Origin: Candidatus Binataceae bacterium
Lineage (GTDB): Bacteria > Desulfobacterota > Binatia > Binatales > Binataceae
DNA length: 64,000 nucleotides
NCBI GenBank assembly: GCA_030041155.1
Contig: JASHOJ010000078.1
Span: 751 to 64,750, forward strand
Reading direction: 5' to 3'
The first letter of the stretch is position 1, and each line of letters starts with the position of its first letter. Under the pieces are notes generated by a model. The model did no database searches and was not told the DNA's origin. It worked only from the letters and a program-made list of their open reading frames with translations. The translations under genes were made by a program, and so were the position numbers. Positions 19,834 to 30,926 of this stretch are shown piece by piece.

Positions 19834-20631
19834 ATGCCGCGACAAAGAGTCAACGACATAGAAATCTACTACGAAATTCACGGCGGCGGTCCGCAAACGC
19901 TGGTGATGATTCGCGGACTCGGGTCGAATTTGACCGCGTGGTACGAACAGACGCCCGAGCTCGCGCGCCACTTCCGTGTGCTGGTGTTCGATAATCGCGG
20001 CGCGGGACGCACCGACAAACCCGATTCGCCGTACTCGATTCGGCAGATGGCGGATGACACGGCGGGTCTCGTCGCGGCGCTCGGCATTAAGCGCCTCGCG
20101 CTGCTCGGCATCTCGATGGGCGGGATGATCGCGCAGGAATTCGCGCTTAAGTATCAGCACATGCTCTCGTGCCTGATTCTGGGATGCACGATGTTCGGCG
20201 GCTCGGACGCGATTCGCGCCGCGCCGGAAGTTCTGGACGCGTTGCTTGCGGGCGATAAGGCAACCCCGGCGCAGCGGCGCGTGCAGCAGCGGTCGGTATT
20301 CACCGATCACGCAATCGATTCACGTCCCGAACTGATCGCAAATCACGAACGAATCGCGATGCAGTATCCAATTCCTCCGTTCGCTTACCAGCGGCAGATT
20401 CAAGCGGTAATGGGATTCGACGCGAGTGCGCGACTGGGCGAAATTCATGTGCCTACGCTGGTGATGACCGGACGCGACGATATCTTGGTGCCGCCAGAGA
20501 ACTCGCGCAAAATCGCCGAGCGCATCGCGGACGCCGAGTTGAAAGAGCTTCCCGGTGGGCATCTGTTCTTCACTGAATATCCCGCCGAATTTAACACTGC
20601 GGCGATCGCATTCATAAAGGCGCACCCGTAA
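19834..20631 (+). CDS. Alpha/beta hydrolase (PcaD-like)
   Basis: FDNRGAGRT, GISMGG (GxSxG), GRDDILVP, GGHLFF. Confidence 0.9.
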   Translation: MPRQRVNDIEIYYEIHGGGPQTLVMIRGLGSNLTAWYEQTPELARHFRVLVFDNRGAGRTDKPDSPYSIRQMADDTAGLVAALGIKRLALLGISMGGMIAQEFALKYQHMLSCLILGCTMFGGSDAIRAAPEVLDALLAGDKATPAQRRVQQRSVFTDHAIDSRPELIANHERIAMQYPIPPFAYQRQIQAVMGFDASARLGEIHVPTLVMTGRDDILVPPENSRKIAERIADAELKELPGGHLFFTEYPAEFNTAAIAFIKAHP

Positions 20632-21803
20632 TGAAAACCCGGAAATATTCCTTGAGCGCCGCGGTCGCCACTGTCGTCGCGCTTCTGGTGGCACCGGCAA
20701 TCGCGATTGCGGCGGGCCTGCCGCTCAAGATCGCCGTGATCGCGCGCCCGCAACCGACGATCGTCTTCGAAGGTGACGGCAAGCCGCACGTCGCGTACGA
20801 GCTTTACGTCGCGAACTTCACGAATTCGGTGGTCAGAATCGATTCGCTCACCGCTTCGTGGAAAGCGATTCCGGACGCGTCGATTCCGGCCGCCAGCGTG
20901 AAGTTTTCCGGCGACCAACTGAAAGCGATGTTCAGCTCGATTGGCGGCAACGCGATGAAGCCGCAGGACCCGGTGCTGAATCCAAGCGTCACGGGTGTGC
21001 TGTATGTGTTCCTCAATCAGAATCCGGGCACGCCGATCACGAACCGCCTTGAGGTTGAAGTGAACGGCAAGCCCGACACTAGACAAACCGTGATGCCGCC
21101 GACGCCAATCAACGTGAGCCATCAGCAGCCGATCGTCATCGCGCCGCCGCTGTCCGGCGATAACTGGTGGACGCCGAACGGTCCATCCAACAACTCAATC
21201 CATCGCCGCATCATAATCGCGATGGGTCCGAAAATAATCCTTCCCGAGCGCTACGCCGTTGATTGGGTAAAGCTCGGGCCGGACGGCAACACCTTTCACG
21301 GCGATAAGAGCATCAACAAGAGCTACTACGCGTATGGCGCGAGCATCCACGCGGTCGCGGATGGCACGATCGTCAGCACCCTGGACGGCATCCCCGAGAA
21401 CACGCCGCAGTCGCCGAAGATGGCGGTCACAATTACGCTCGGCAATATCGTGGGAAACGCGATCGTCGAGGATGTGGGCGATGGCCGCTACGCGATGTAT
21501 GCGCATCTGATTCCCGGCAGCCTGCGCGTGCGCAAGGGCGAGCGCGTGACGCGCGGCCAGGTGCTCGGATTGCTCGGCAATTCAGGCAATTCGAGCGAGC
21601 CGCATCTTCATTTCCAGATCTCGAACTCGGCCGGGTATCTTGACGGCGAGGGATTGCCGTTCCTCCTCGACCATTTTACCCGCCGCGATTATCACATGGT
21701 GATGAGGGGCGAGACTCCGGTCAGCATGACCCTTGGCGCATCGCACAATCTCACCGATCAAATCTTCATGAGCGACGACCTGGGGAATTTTTCCGGCAAA
21801 TGA
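20631..21803 (+). CDS. Secreted M23 family metallopeptidase
   Basis: Signal peptide; [34 protein letters not shown]. Confidence 0.88.
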   Translation: MKTRKYSLSAAVATVVALLVAPAIAIAAGLPLKIAVIARPQPTIVFEGDGKPHVAYELYVANFTNSVVRIDSLTASWKAIPDASIPAASVKFSGDQLKAMFSSIGGNAMKPQDPVLNPSVTGVLYVFLNQNPGTPITNRLEVEVNGKPDTRQTVMPPTPINVSHQQPIVIAPPLSGDNWWTPNGPSNNSIHRRIIIAMGPKIILPERYAVDWVKLGPDGNTFHGDKSINKSYYAYGASIHAVADGTIVSTLDGIPENTPQSPKMAVTITLGNIVGNAIVEDVGDGRYAMYAHLIPGSLRVRKGERVTRGQVLGLLGNSGNSSEPHLHFQISNSAGYLDGEGLPFLLDHFTRRDYHMVMRGETPVSMTLGASHNLTDQIFMSDDLGNFSGK

Positions 21804-21825
21804 CAGCAATGCCGATGCTATTCAG

Positions 21826-22935
21826 ATGAAAGTCAAAGCCGCAGTCGCATTTCGCGCCGAAGCTCCCCTGGAAATTGTCGAGGTCGATCTCGCACCGCCA
21901 CGCGTCGGCGAAGTGCTGATCGAGATCAAGGCAAGCGGCGTATGCCATACCGATGCGTATACGCTTTCGGGCAAGGATCCGGAGGGCCTGTTCCCCTCGA
22001 TCCTCGGACACGAAGGCGCGGGCATGGTCGTCGAAGCCGGCACGGGTGTGGCATCGCTTCGTCCGGGCGATCACGTAATACCGCTCTACATTCCCGAGTG
22101 CCGCAACTGCGAGGCCTGCCTTTCCGGCAAGACGAATCTCTGCATCGCGATTCGCGAGACTCAAGGCAAAGGCGTCATGCCCGACGGGACCAGCCGCTTC
22201 TCGCTGGACGGCAAACCGATTCATCACTACATGGGGACGTCGACCTTCGCGAACTACACGGTCGTACCTGAGATCGCGTTGGCGAAAGTTCGAGCCGACG
22301 CGCCATTTGACAAGATTTGCTACATCGGATGCGGCGTGACCACGGGAATCGGCGCGGTGATCAACACGGCGAAGGTCGCGCCGGGTGATCGGGTGGTGGT
22401 TTTCGGGGTCGGCGGAATCGGGCTTAACGTTATTCAGGGCGCGCGGATGGCGGGCGCGTCGATGATCGTCGCTATCGACTTGAATCCCGCGCGCGAGCCG
22501 ATCGCGCGGAAATTCGGCGCAACCGATTTCATCAATCCAGCCGAACTCAAAAATGACCTGGTGCAGCATCTCATCGGACTCACCCGCGGCGGCGCCGATT
22601 TCGCGTTCGAATGCGTCGGCAGCGTGAAGCTGATGCGCCAGGCGCTGGAATGCTGCCATCGCGGATGGGGCACGTGTGTGATAATCGGGGTGGCGGGCGC
22701 GGGCGAAGAAATCTCCACGCGGCCGTTTCAGCTAGTAACCGGCCGCACCTGGAAGGGCACCGCGTTCGGCGGCGCGCGCGGACGCCGTGACGTGCCGCGC
22801 ATCGTCGATTGGTACATGCAGCGGCGCATCAATATCGACGATCTGATTACCCATACGATGCCAATCGAGAGGATCAACGAGGCGTTCGAACTGATGCACG
22901 CGGGCAAATCGATTCGCAGCGTGGTGACGTTCTGA
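21826..22935 (+). CDS. frmA: S-(hydroxymethyl)glutathione dehydrogenase / class III ADH
   Basis: [61 protein letters not shown]. Confidence 0.95.
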   Translation: MKVKAAVAFRAEAPLEIVEVDLAPPRVGEVLIEIKASGVCHTDAYTLSGKDPEGLFPSILGHEGAGMVVEAGTGVASLRPGDHVIPLYIPECRNCEACLSGKTNLCIAIRETQGKGVMPDGTSRFSLDGKPIHHYMGTSTFANYTVVPEIALAKVRADAPFDKICYIGCGVTTGIGAVINTAKVAPGDRVVVFGVGGIGLNVIQGARMAGASMIVAIDLNPAREPIARKFGATDFINPAELKNDLVQHLIGLTRGGADFAFECVGSVKLMRQALECCHRGWGTCVIIGVAGAGEEISTRPFQLVTGRTWKGTAFGGARGRRDVPRIVDWYMQRRINIDDLITHTMPIERINEAFELMHAGKSIRSVVTF

Positions 22936-22937
22936 TC

Positions 22938-23333
22938 ATGCGATTTTCTGCGGCCGTGGCGCTCGGATGTGCGGTTATGGCGCTCGCGTTATGCGGATGC
23001 TGGCCGTTTCATCATCAACCGACGCCGCAGCAGCAATTTCTCGACGCTCTGAATCACGGTCATTCGGCGGAAGCGAGCCAGATTTGGCTTAAGATGTCGG
23101 AGAAAGATCGCGAGAAATGGGCGCGCGGCCAGGGACTATCGCCACAGTCTTCTCCGGACCAAATCAAAAAACAAATCATGCAGCATTACCAGAACGAAGC
23201 CGGCGGCGAGCAGGAAGGCGAAAGCGGAGTCGTGCAGATTAATCCCGGACCGCCGGCGGGGCTTCAGAACTTGCCGTCGCTGATGCAGGCCTCGCCTTCC
23301 GGCAATCCAGCGCCGCCTGGCACATCCGAATAA
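22938..23333 (+). CDS. Hypothetical lipoprotein
   Basis: MRFSAAVALGCAVMALALCGC lipobox; tightly packed between frmA and the next gene. Confidence 0.7.
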   Translation: MRFSAAVALGCAVMALALCGCWPFHHQPTPQQQFLDALNHGHSAEASQIWLKMSEKDREKWARGQGLSPQSSPDQIKKQIMQHYQNEAGGEQEGESGVVQINPGPPAGLQNLPSLMQASPSGNPAPPGTSE

Positions 23334-23335
23334 CG

Positions 23336-24490
23336 ATGGATTTTGGATTATCTCCCGATCAGGAACTGCTGAGAACAACCCTGCGTGACTTCGCGGCGCG
23401 CGAACTTATGCCGCATTATCAGTCGCGCGATCGCGACGCCGATCTTCCCGCGGCGCTGGTTCGCCGGCTTGGAGACCTGGGCGTGCTCGCGCCGATGGCG
23501 GCGCCGGAGCACGGCGGCGCGGGACTGGATTTTGTCTCGCTTGGAATCGCGCACGAGGAAATCTCGCGCGGCGATTTCAACGCGGCGTATGTGCTGCTGC
23601 TGTCAGCGCTGGTCGGCGCGATCGTGTCGAAAAGCGGTGATGAGACGCAAAAAAAATCGTATCTGCCGCCAATCTGCCGCGGCGAGATAATCGCGGCGCT
23701 GGCGGTTACCTAGCCGGCCGGCGGCTCCGATGCCGCGCACGTGAAACTGAGCGCGCGCCGCGACGGCGATCAGTACGTTCTTAATGGCGAGAAAACCTCG
23801 ATCTCGTTTTCCTCGTCGGCATCGACCGCGCTGATGATGGCGCGGACCGGCACGCCGGAATCCGGCGCGCACGGCGTGAGCGCCTTCTATGTTGATTTGA
23901 ATTCTCCTGGCGTCTCGCGCACGCGATTTCGCGATCTGGGTTCGCGCGCGATTGGGCGCGGATCGTTGTTCTTCGATTCGGTGAAGGTGCCGGTCTCCGC
24001 CCGAATCGGCGCCGAGGGCGCGGGTTTCGTGCAGGTGATGCAAGGCTTCGATTTCAGCCGCGCGCTAATCGGCCTGATGTGTATCGGCGCGGCGCAGCAG
24101 AGCGTGGATGAAACGTGCAGGTTCGTTGCGGAGCGCGAAGCGTTTGGCGGATCGCTCGCGCGCTTTGAGGGCGTGTCGTTTCCGCTCGCGGAAGCCGCGG
24201 TGGAGCTGCGCGCGGCGCGGCTGCTCTGCTACGAGGCGCTATGGCTGCGCGACCGAGGCATGCCGCATGGATGGCTCGCGGCGGGGGCTAAGTGGCTTGC
24301 GCCGGAGTTGTGCGCGCGTGTGCTCCATCAATGCCTGCTTTTGCACGGACACACCGGTTTCAGCCTCGATTTGCCGCATCAGCAGCGCATGCGCGACGTA
24401 ATCGGCCTTGAGATTGGCGATGGCACCGCGCAGATCATGAAGCTGCTGGTCGCGCGCGAGATAATCGGCAAATCCGCCCGCCCTTATTGA
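23336..24490 (+). pseudogene. aliB: Cyclohexanecarboxyl-CoA dehydrogenase (AliB/BadJ-like) interrupted by in-frame TAG at 23711-23713
   Basis: The two track ORFs are one frame: ALAVT*PAGGSDAA, where the family has TEP..GSD; downstream NGEKTSIS, VMQGFDFSRALIGL, IGDGTAQIMK intact. Confidence 0.82.
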
Positions 24491-24502
24491 TTTGCGCGGC
24501 TG

Positions 24503-25528
24503 TCAGCCGTTGGAATCTCCGTCGCCGCTGGGAAACGGCACCGCAACCTTGTGGAGCTTGGTCACGGTACTCGCACACGCGTCGCTGACCCAAAGATCGC
24601 CTTTGGAATCGATCGCCATGTTCTCAGGACATCCGCCCACCTTGTAATGGGCTACCTCGTTGCCCGAGGAATCGAACTTGAACACGTCATTGGATTCCTG
24701 GTTGGCGACAAATATGTTGTCCGCGTGATCGATAGTCACACCACGAGGCCCGAGTCCGACCGGATGGGTTCCCATCGAAGCGAAGGACGGCGAGGCCTCG
24801 AAACCCGCGACGACATCGAGGCTCTGCACTGACTGCCACAGGTTGCCTTCCGAATCGATGCTGTTGCCGGTTGGCTGCAGGCCGACTTCCGCAACAGTCG
24901 AGAGCTCCAGGCCAAGGGCGCTCAGCACCGTGATGGTGCCGTCATAATAATTACCGATCCAGAAATTGCCGGACTGATCGACCGCGATTGCGTGCGGATT
25001 CTTTCCAGTGTTGAAGGTGTTGAGCAAAGCGCCGGAGCCGTTCAGTTCGGCGACTGTGTTGCTGCCTTGATTGGTGACCCAGACGTCGCCCGAGGAATCA
25101 AACTGCGCGTGCTGCGGCGCGTCGCCATCCGTGCAGAACGTTCCGATCAGCGTTCCGCCGGAGTCGAGCGCGGTAACCGTACCCGTCGTGCCGCTCGGAC
25201 ATGCGGGAGCATCGGGACCGCCACCGACAGTATTCTCGACCCAGATATTTTGAGTGTTGCCGCGGTCGATCTTGAGTCCGTGCGGGCGCACGCCTACCGG
25301 GAAGGTCGCAAGAACCTTGCCCGAGTTGCTTAGCTCCGCAACGCTGTTGCTGTATCGGTTTGCGACCCAGACGTTATCTGATGCGTCGACGCCGATTCCT
25401 TCGGGATAATTCCCTCCCGATTTGAATGTCTCGACCGATGCGCTTTGATTCGCGGATGAGCCTCCGCCGCTGCTGCCGCATCCCCACGCGAACACCATCA
25501 GGCAAGCCAGAATTGCCACGCTCCTCAT
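24503..25528 (-). CDS. NHL-repeat (beta-propeller) lipoprotein
   Basis: Lipobox AWGC; repeated P.GI.VD..xNVWVAN units. Confidence 0.85.
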   Translation of the reverse strand: MRSVAILACLMVFAWGCGSSGGGSSANQSASVETFKSGGNYPEGIGVDASDNVWVANRYSNSVAELSNSGKVLATFPVGVRPHGLKIDRGNTQNIWVENTVGGGPDAPACPSGTTGTVTALDSGGTLIGTFCTDGDAPQHAQFDSSGDVWVTNQGSNTVAELNGSGALLNTFNTGKNPHAIAVDQSGNFWIGNYYDGTITVLSALGLELSTVAEVGLQPTGNSIDSEGNLWQSVQSLDVVAGFEASPSFASMGTHPVGLGPRGVTIDHADNIFVANQESNDVFKFDSSGNEVAHYKVGGCPENMAIDSKGDLWVSDACASTVTKLHKVAVPFPSGDGDSNG

Positions 25529-25697
25529 GCCCCACCCCCGTTCGCAGCCGTAAAGAAAACGATAAGAAGTTAAGCGTAGCGCACCGCGACCGCAAGATAG
25601 TCTGCCGCCGGCGGTTAGACTGCGATCCTTACGAACTCTCAAGCTTAAGTGCGATAATCCGCGCCGGACAGTTGTGACGAAGCGAGGCTCGACTGTG

Positions 25698-28121
25698 ATG
25701 AAAGACAAGCGATGGCCGATCGGATGGGACGCGCGATGGATCTGGGCTGCGCCCGCCATAAAACCCGCTTCGCCGATTTCAGCCAGTCCGAATCCGCCGC
25801 CGGAGAGCTGGAACCGGTTCTGCTATCTGCGCAAGACGATCGATTTGCTGGGCGCGCCCGAATCGGCGCCGACGCGGGTGACAGCCGATTCTCGCTTCAT
25901 CCTTTACGTGAACGGCATCGAAGTCGGGCGCGGCCCGGCGCGATCGATTCCTGCACGGCTTGCGTGGAGTGAAATCGACCTCGCGCCTTTTCTGCGTGCG
26001 GGACGCAACGCGATTTGCGCGCTTGCGCGGTTCTATGGAATGGCGGTGCCATGGTGGATTCCCGCGCCGGCGAATTATCAGCTCGGTTTCGGATCGTTCG
26101 CGATCGAAGCGCCGGCAATCGGGCTTAAGTCCGACGGTTCATGGAAAGCAATGGCGGCACCGTATCGGCAGCAGGCCTTCTGGCGCTCCGCGCTCGGGCA
26201 GCCGCCGACCGAAATTGTTGACGGCGCGGCGGCGCCCGAAGGATGGACGAGATCCGATTTCGATGACGCCGGCTGGCAGGCGGCTATCGAACTCAGATCG
26301 GGAACGCTCGCGCCGAACCGCGGCGAAATTCCGGTTGAGCCGTTCACCGCGCCCGAACCCGCGGACATCGCGCCGCTTACCTCGCTCGCGATCGAATTGA
26401 CGGAGATCGCGCGCCCTCAGGTTGCCGCATCCTCCGCCGATTTCCCGCAGGATGCATTCCCGCGCCGCGGCGCATCCGCAAAAGACTCAGTCGAGACCGC
26501 GCTCACCTTTGATGCGGGCAAGATCACGCTCGCGACGCCGTGGGCCGAGGTGCGCGGGCCGCGGGGCGCGGTGATCGACTTTTATGTTGGTGAAGATTTG
26601 CGCGATGACATGCTTGCCGAGATAGCGCCGCGCTTCTATGGGATGCGCTACAGCATTGGCGGGCGGGAGCGCGAGCGAATCGAGGCATTCGAGGCGGTTG
26701 GCTTCCGCTATCTGACGGTGGTGCCGCGAAATGGGGCGCAAATTCTTTCGATCGGAGCGACCGAGCGGCGCTATCCGCGCAGCGGCGACGCCCGTTTCGA
26801 ATGCGACGATCTGCGGCTGAATAAAATCTGGAATGTCGGTGCGCGAACCCTGGATCTCTGTTCCTCAGACGCATTCCTGGATTGCCCCGGGCGCGAGCAG
26901 CGCGCATGGCTCGGCGATTCATACATCCACGCCCTGCTTACGTTCGTGACCAATACTGATTGGGCGCTGGTGGCGCGGCATCTGCGAATCTGCGCGCACG
27001 GCGTTCGAGGCGACGGTTTGCTGGGGATGGTTGCCGCGGGCGACATGACCTTTTCCGCAACCACGATTCCGGATTATTCGCTGCATTGGATTCGCGCGCT
27101 GGCGCGCTACTACCAATACTCCGGGGACCGCGATTTGGTGCGCGAACTGGCGCCTGTCGCGAGCGGCATCTCCGACGCATTCGAGCGTTATCGCGGCGAC
27201 GACGGGCTTATCAGGCGAATGCCGGGGTGGATGTTCGTCGATTGGGCGATGACCGAGCGGTCGGATGTGGTTGGGGCTGTCGACGCGCTTTACGCCGCCG
27301 CCCTCGATGATTTCGCGTGGCTCGCCGAAACGGCGCTGGCGGATAGCCGCGCCGCCGCCGAAGCTCGATCCAAAGCCGCACGCACGCACGCCGCTTTTGG
27401 TCTTCTGTGGAACGAGCTTGCCGGCGCATACGTCGATGCCGCCGACCGCAATGGCCCGCTTCGCAGAATAAGCCAGCAGACGAACGCGATCGCGATCGTC
27501 AGCCGGTGCGCGCCCGCCGATCGCTGGCAGCGGATGCTCGAATGCGTGCTGGACAGCTCGCGGGTGGTGATTACGCCCACTATTTCCGACCAGCCCACGG
27601 CTTACATGCTGCAGCGAATGGACCCGGCGGAATACGGCGATTTCGATCCCGAGCGCAACGTCGTGGCGGCGCAGCCATTTTTCTCGCATCTGCTGCACGA
27701 CGCGATTGTGCGCGCGGGTCGGCGCGACCTAATCGTGGAGCGGTGTCTCAAATGGTGGCCGCAGATCGAACGCGGAGACACCTGCTTTGAGGAATATTGG
27801 GACGCGAATTCGGGCACCGGCAGCCGCTGTCATGCATGGTCCGCCACTCCGACCTACGATCTCACGACTCATGTGCTCGGGGTACGTCCAGCCGCGCCTG
27901 GTTACTCGAGCGCGGAGATCGCGCCGTGGTTCGGTCCGCTGCGGCATCTGGAGGGCGCGGTGCCGACGCCTAAGGGGATGATCACCGTCACTCTGGATCG
28001 CGATCGCGGCGGCGAAATCGCGATTCCCGCCGGCATTGCAGCGTTGGTTCGGTTCGATGACGCGAAGCTGGCAGGAGCGCAGTTGGGTCCGGGACATCAT
28101 CGGATATTGCCCCTCACCTGA
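25698..28121 (+). CDS. Alpha-L-rhamnosidase-like glycoside hydrolase (GH78)
   Basis: TADSRFILYVNG, DCPGREQRAWLGD, FVDW, SRCHAWS, VPTPKG; no signal peptide. Confidence 0.88.
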   Translation: MKDKRWPIGWDARWIWAAPAIKPASPISASPNPPPESWNRFCYLRKTIDLLGAPESAPTRVTADSRFILYVNGIEVGRGPARSIPARLAWSEIDLAPFLRAGRNAICALARFYGMAVPWWIPAPANYQLGFGSFAIEAPAIGLKSDGSWKAMAAPYRQQAFWRSALGQPPTEIVDGAAAPEGWTRSDFDDAGWQAAIELRSGTLAPNRGEIPVEPFTAPEPADIAPLTSLAIELTEIARPQVAASSADFPQDAFPRRGASAKDSVETALTFDAGKITLATPWAEVRGPRGAVIDFYVGEDLRDDMLAEIAPRFYGMRYSIGGRERERIEAFEAVGFRYLTVVPRNGAQILSIGATERRYPRSGDARFECDDLRLNKIWNVGARTLDLCSSDAFLDCPGREQRAWLGDSYIHALLTFVTNTDWALVARHLRICAHGVRGDGLLGMVAAGDMTFSATTIPDYSLHWIRALARYYQYSGDRDLVRELAPVASGISDAFERYRGDDGLIRRMPGWMFVDWAMTERSDVVGAVDALYAAALDDFAWLAETALADSRAAAEARSKAARTHAAFGLLWNELAGAYVDAADRNGPLRRISQQTNAIAIVSRCAPADRWQRMLECVLDSSRVVITPTISDQPTAYMLQRMDPAEYGDFDPERNVVAAQPFFSHLLHDAIVRAGRRDLIVERCLKWWPQIERGDTCFEEYWDANSGTGSRCHAWSATPTYDLTTHVLGVRPAAPGYSSAEIAPWFGPLRHLEGAVPTPKGMITVTLDRDRGGEIAIPAGIAALVRFDDAKLAGAQLGPGHHRILPLT

Positions 28122-28146
28122 TCGCCCGAACCCGGATGCGCTGAAG

Positions 28147-28911
28147 CTAGGAAGCGAGACGCGCGGAAAAACGCAGGCGGATGTAATCCGCCGTCCACCT
28201 TTCGCGCTCGTCGCACAGCACAGGGCGCAACAACTCGACCGCCTCGGCCACGGCGCGTTTGCGATCCGCCGGTTGAAGCGGCTTCAGAAGATTCTCCGCA
28301 AAGGTATCGAGCCATCCTTCAAGACCGGTCGGCAGCGGCGTGGGACGCGGAATCAGCTCGATATAGTCGACCGTAAAGCCCGCTCGTTCGAGCCGCGCGC
28401 GGTAATCCGCCGCGGTCGGAAAATACCACGGAATATGCGCGGCACCGTTGATGCCGCGGCGGGCCAGCACCGCTTCCAGCGCGACAATGATTGCGGCAAC
28501 GCATCCGTGCCCGCCAAGTTCCGCGACAAACCGGCCGCCCGGCTTGAGCGCGCGCGAAACCGCCGCGAGCACGGCGTCCGGCTCGCGCATCCAGTGCAGA
28601 GCAGCATTCGAGAACACCGCGTCGAACTCGCGCTCGAACCTCATCGAATGGCCGTTGGCAAGACGCGCGTCGATGCCGCGCTGGCGCGCCGCCGCGACCA
28701 TCGCTTCTGACGCGTCCACGCCGACAACGATAGCTCCGCTCGCGGCGATCTTCTCGGTCAGCACCCCATCGCCGCATCCGAGATCCAAGATCCGCTCGCC
28801 GGGCGACGGCTGAAGCATCGCAAGCACAGGCGATCCGAGATCGCTTACGAAGCGCGCGTTGCGGTCATAGATATCCGGCTGCCAGGTGTTGAGTTGCTGC
28901 TCTGAATCCAT
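28147..28911 (-). CDS. Class I SAM-dependent methyltransferase (Tam-like)
   Basis: ILDLGCGDG, FDAVFSNAALHWM, LKPGGRFVAE, WTADYIRLRF. Confidence 0.9.
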   Translation of the reverse strand: MDSEQQLNTWQPDIYDRNARFVSDLGSPVLAMLQPSPGERILDLGCGDGVLTEKIAASGAIVVGVDASEAMVAAARQRGIDARLANGHSMRFEREFDAVFSNAALHWMREPDAVLAAVSRALKPGGRFVAELGGHGCVAAIIVALEAVLARRGINGAAHIPWYFPTAADYRARLERAGFTVDYIELIPRPTPLPTGLEGWLDTFAENLLKPLQPADRKRAVAEAVELLRPVLCDERERWTADYIRLRFSARLAS

Positions 28912-29099
28912 CGAAAAAAGGCAGGTCTGAAGCCTCAATCCAATTTGCTATATGTCCTCACGATCCGAGGCAACCGACTGGAGTCGGCGCCCACAGCTCT
29001 GCTCAGGTTGGCGACTCCTTGCTGTATCGGCGCGACGCTAGTAAGCGGATCGTAGCTTCAGGAGCGCCGCCAAACGGAGGTCAGCGAACGGAGGTCGCG

Positions 29100-29867
29100 A
29101 TGTTCACCGGAATCGATCATATCGTGGTGGCAGTTCAGGACCTGGAAACGGCTATCCGAGAGTTCGGCGCGGCCGGATTCACAGTGGTCCGCGGCGGAAG
29201 ACACAACATCGGAACGCATAACGCTCTCATCGCGTTCGCCGACGGAAGCTACATTGAACTGATCGCGTTTCTTACGCCCATACCCGCCCATCCGTGGTAT
29301 CGGGCGCTCGAGCGCGGCGGCGGACTGGTCGATTTCTGTATGCGAACCACCGACCTTGGCCGCGATGCGGAGGTGATGCGGCGCGCCGGTGCGAGTATTG
29401 GCGACGCGGCCGCGATGACGCGCGATCGCCCTGACGGATATCGCCTCGTCTGGAAGCTTGCGATCCCGCAGGCACCGATGAACGGGCAGCTCCCGTTTCT
29501 TATCGAGGATCAAACCCCGCGCGACGAGCGCGTGCCGCGCGAGCGGAGCCATCCTAATGGTGCGATCGGGATCGCTCGGGTGACACTTGCGGTTGAAAAT
29601 CCGGGGACGACAAGCGCGGCGTATGCGCGCGTGCTCGGCAGACCGGGTGCGCCGGCCAATCGCACGGACCTGGATGCATTCGGAGTTCGCTTCACGATCG
29701 GCGAAAACGAGATCGAGCTGGTCGCGCCGAAATCATCGTCAGGGCCGATTCGCGACTGGATCGATTCACGCGGCGCGTCTCCATTTGCGGCGCGCCTTTT
29801 ACTCACCGGCGGCGCGGGGACATCCGAGAGCCGGTTGCTCGAGCGGGCGCGGCTGACATTCGCGTAG
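29100..29867 (+). CDS. VOC/glyoxalase-like protein
   Basis: IDHIVVAVQDL, GGRH..GTHNALI.F.DGSYIELI, LPFLIED; RBS GGAGG. Confidence 0.85.
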   Translation: MFTGIDHIVVAVQDLETAIREFGAAGFTVVRGGRHNIGTHNALIAFADGSYIELIAFLTPIPAHPWYRALERGGGLVDFCMRTTDLGRDAEVMRRAGASIGDAAAMTRDRPDGYRLVWKLAIPQAPMNGQLPFLIEDQTPRDERVPRERSHPNGAIGIARVTLAVENPGTTSAAYARVLGRPGAPANRTDLDAFGVRFTIGENEIELVAPKSSSGPIRDWIDSRGASPFAARLLLTGGAGTSESRLLERARLTFA

Positions 29868-29905
29868 AAAAATCCGCATAGATAAAAATGCTGGGAGAGG
29901 CTGCG

Positions 29906-30880
29906 ATGGCATCAGCACGGGTAAAATTCGGCTTCACGATTCCGCAGCGCGCCGCTTTTTTTGGCGTCGCGACCTGGCCGGAGATGCTCGCGATGGCGCA
30001 CGAGGCTGATCAGATCGCGGCCTTCGACTCGGTGTGGGTGGGAGACAGCGTGATGGCGAAGCCGCGACCGGAGTCGATTGCGCTTCTGGGTGCGCTCGCA
30101 TCGGCAACTTCGCGAGTCAAGCTCGGGGTTGGATGTATGGCCAGCTTTCCGATTCGCGACCCGATCGTGTTCGCGTATCAGTGGGCGACGCTGGACATGA
30201 TTTCCGGCGGTAGGATGTGGCTTGCGGTGTGCACCGGAATAGTTGCGGGCGGCGTGAGCGCGAAGGAAGGCGGCGTGTGGGGAATCAAGGATGGCGCGCG
30301 CGGAAACCGGATGGCGGAGAATATCGAAATTTGCCGCCGGCTGTGGAGCGAGGATGACGTATCGTTCGAGGGCAAATATCACAAGTTCAGCGCGGTGACG
30401 ATCAAGCCGCGCCCAATGCAGCAACCCTGTCCAATCTGGATCGCGGCAAATCCGCAGCCAAATCAGGCCGAGAAGCCGCTGAGACGGGTGGCGAAAATCG
30501 CGGACGGCTGGATGACGGTGAACATCTTCCCGGAGTTGTTCGCGACCAACTGGAAGGCGCTGGAAAAATACATCCGCGACGAGGGCAAGGATCCTGCCGC
30601 TTTTCCAAACATCCTGTATCACAACGTCAACATCAATCCGGATCGCGCGGCGGCGCTGGAGGAATCGAAACGCTTCCTCGACGAGTACTACGGACCGGTG
30701 ATGTCGCCGGTGATGGTCGAGGCGTGGACGGCATCGGGAACGCCCGAGCAATGCGCGGAACAACTCCGCGCCCTGATTCGGGCGGGAGCCAGGGAAATAA
30801 CCCTGCGTATCACGTCCTGGGATCAAGCGGGACAATTCAAGAAACTGATTCACGAAGTGCTGCCGCGGCTGCTCGACTGA
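29906..30880 (+). CDS. LLM class flavin/F420-dependent oxidoreductase
   Basis: FDSVWVGDS, WATLDMISGGR, PRPMQQPCPIWI. Confidence 0.88.
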   Translation: MASARVKFGFTIPQRAAFFGVATWPEMLAMAHEADQIAAFDSVWVGDSVMAKPRPESIALLGALASATSRVKLGVGCMASFPIRDPIVFAYQWATLDMISGGRMWLAVCTGIVAGGVSAKEGGVWGIKDGARGNRMAENIEICRRLWSEDDVSFEGKYHKFSAVTIKPRPMQQPCPIWIAANPQPNQAEKPLRRVAKIADGWMTVNIFPELFATNWKALEKYIRDEGKDPAAFPNILYHNVNINPDRAAALEESKRFLDEYYGPVMSPVMVEAWTASGTPEQCAEQLRALIRAGAREITLRITSWDQAGQFKKLIHEVLPRLLD

Positions 30881-30926
30881 GCGCGCGGATTCAAGTCTCG
30901 CGTGCGAGGAGTAGAGTAGCGGATAG

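Noticed and set aside
23711-23713. Pyrrolysine or genome-wide TAG recoding
   Set aside because: TAG terminates several complete genes here, the site is a conserved Glu one base from GAG, and no pyl genes are in the window.
28915-29060. Cobalamin riboswitch (AGACCTGCC on the minus strand, cbiA nearby)
   Set aside because: The GGGAA..CGGTG..AATCCG core and GCCACTG elements are absent.
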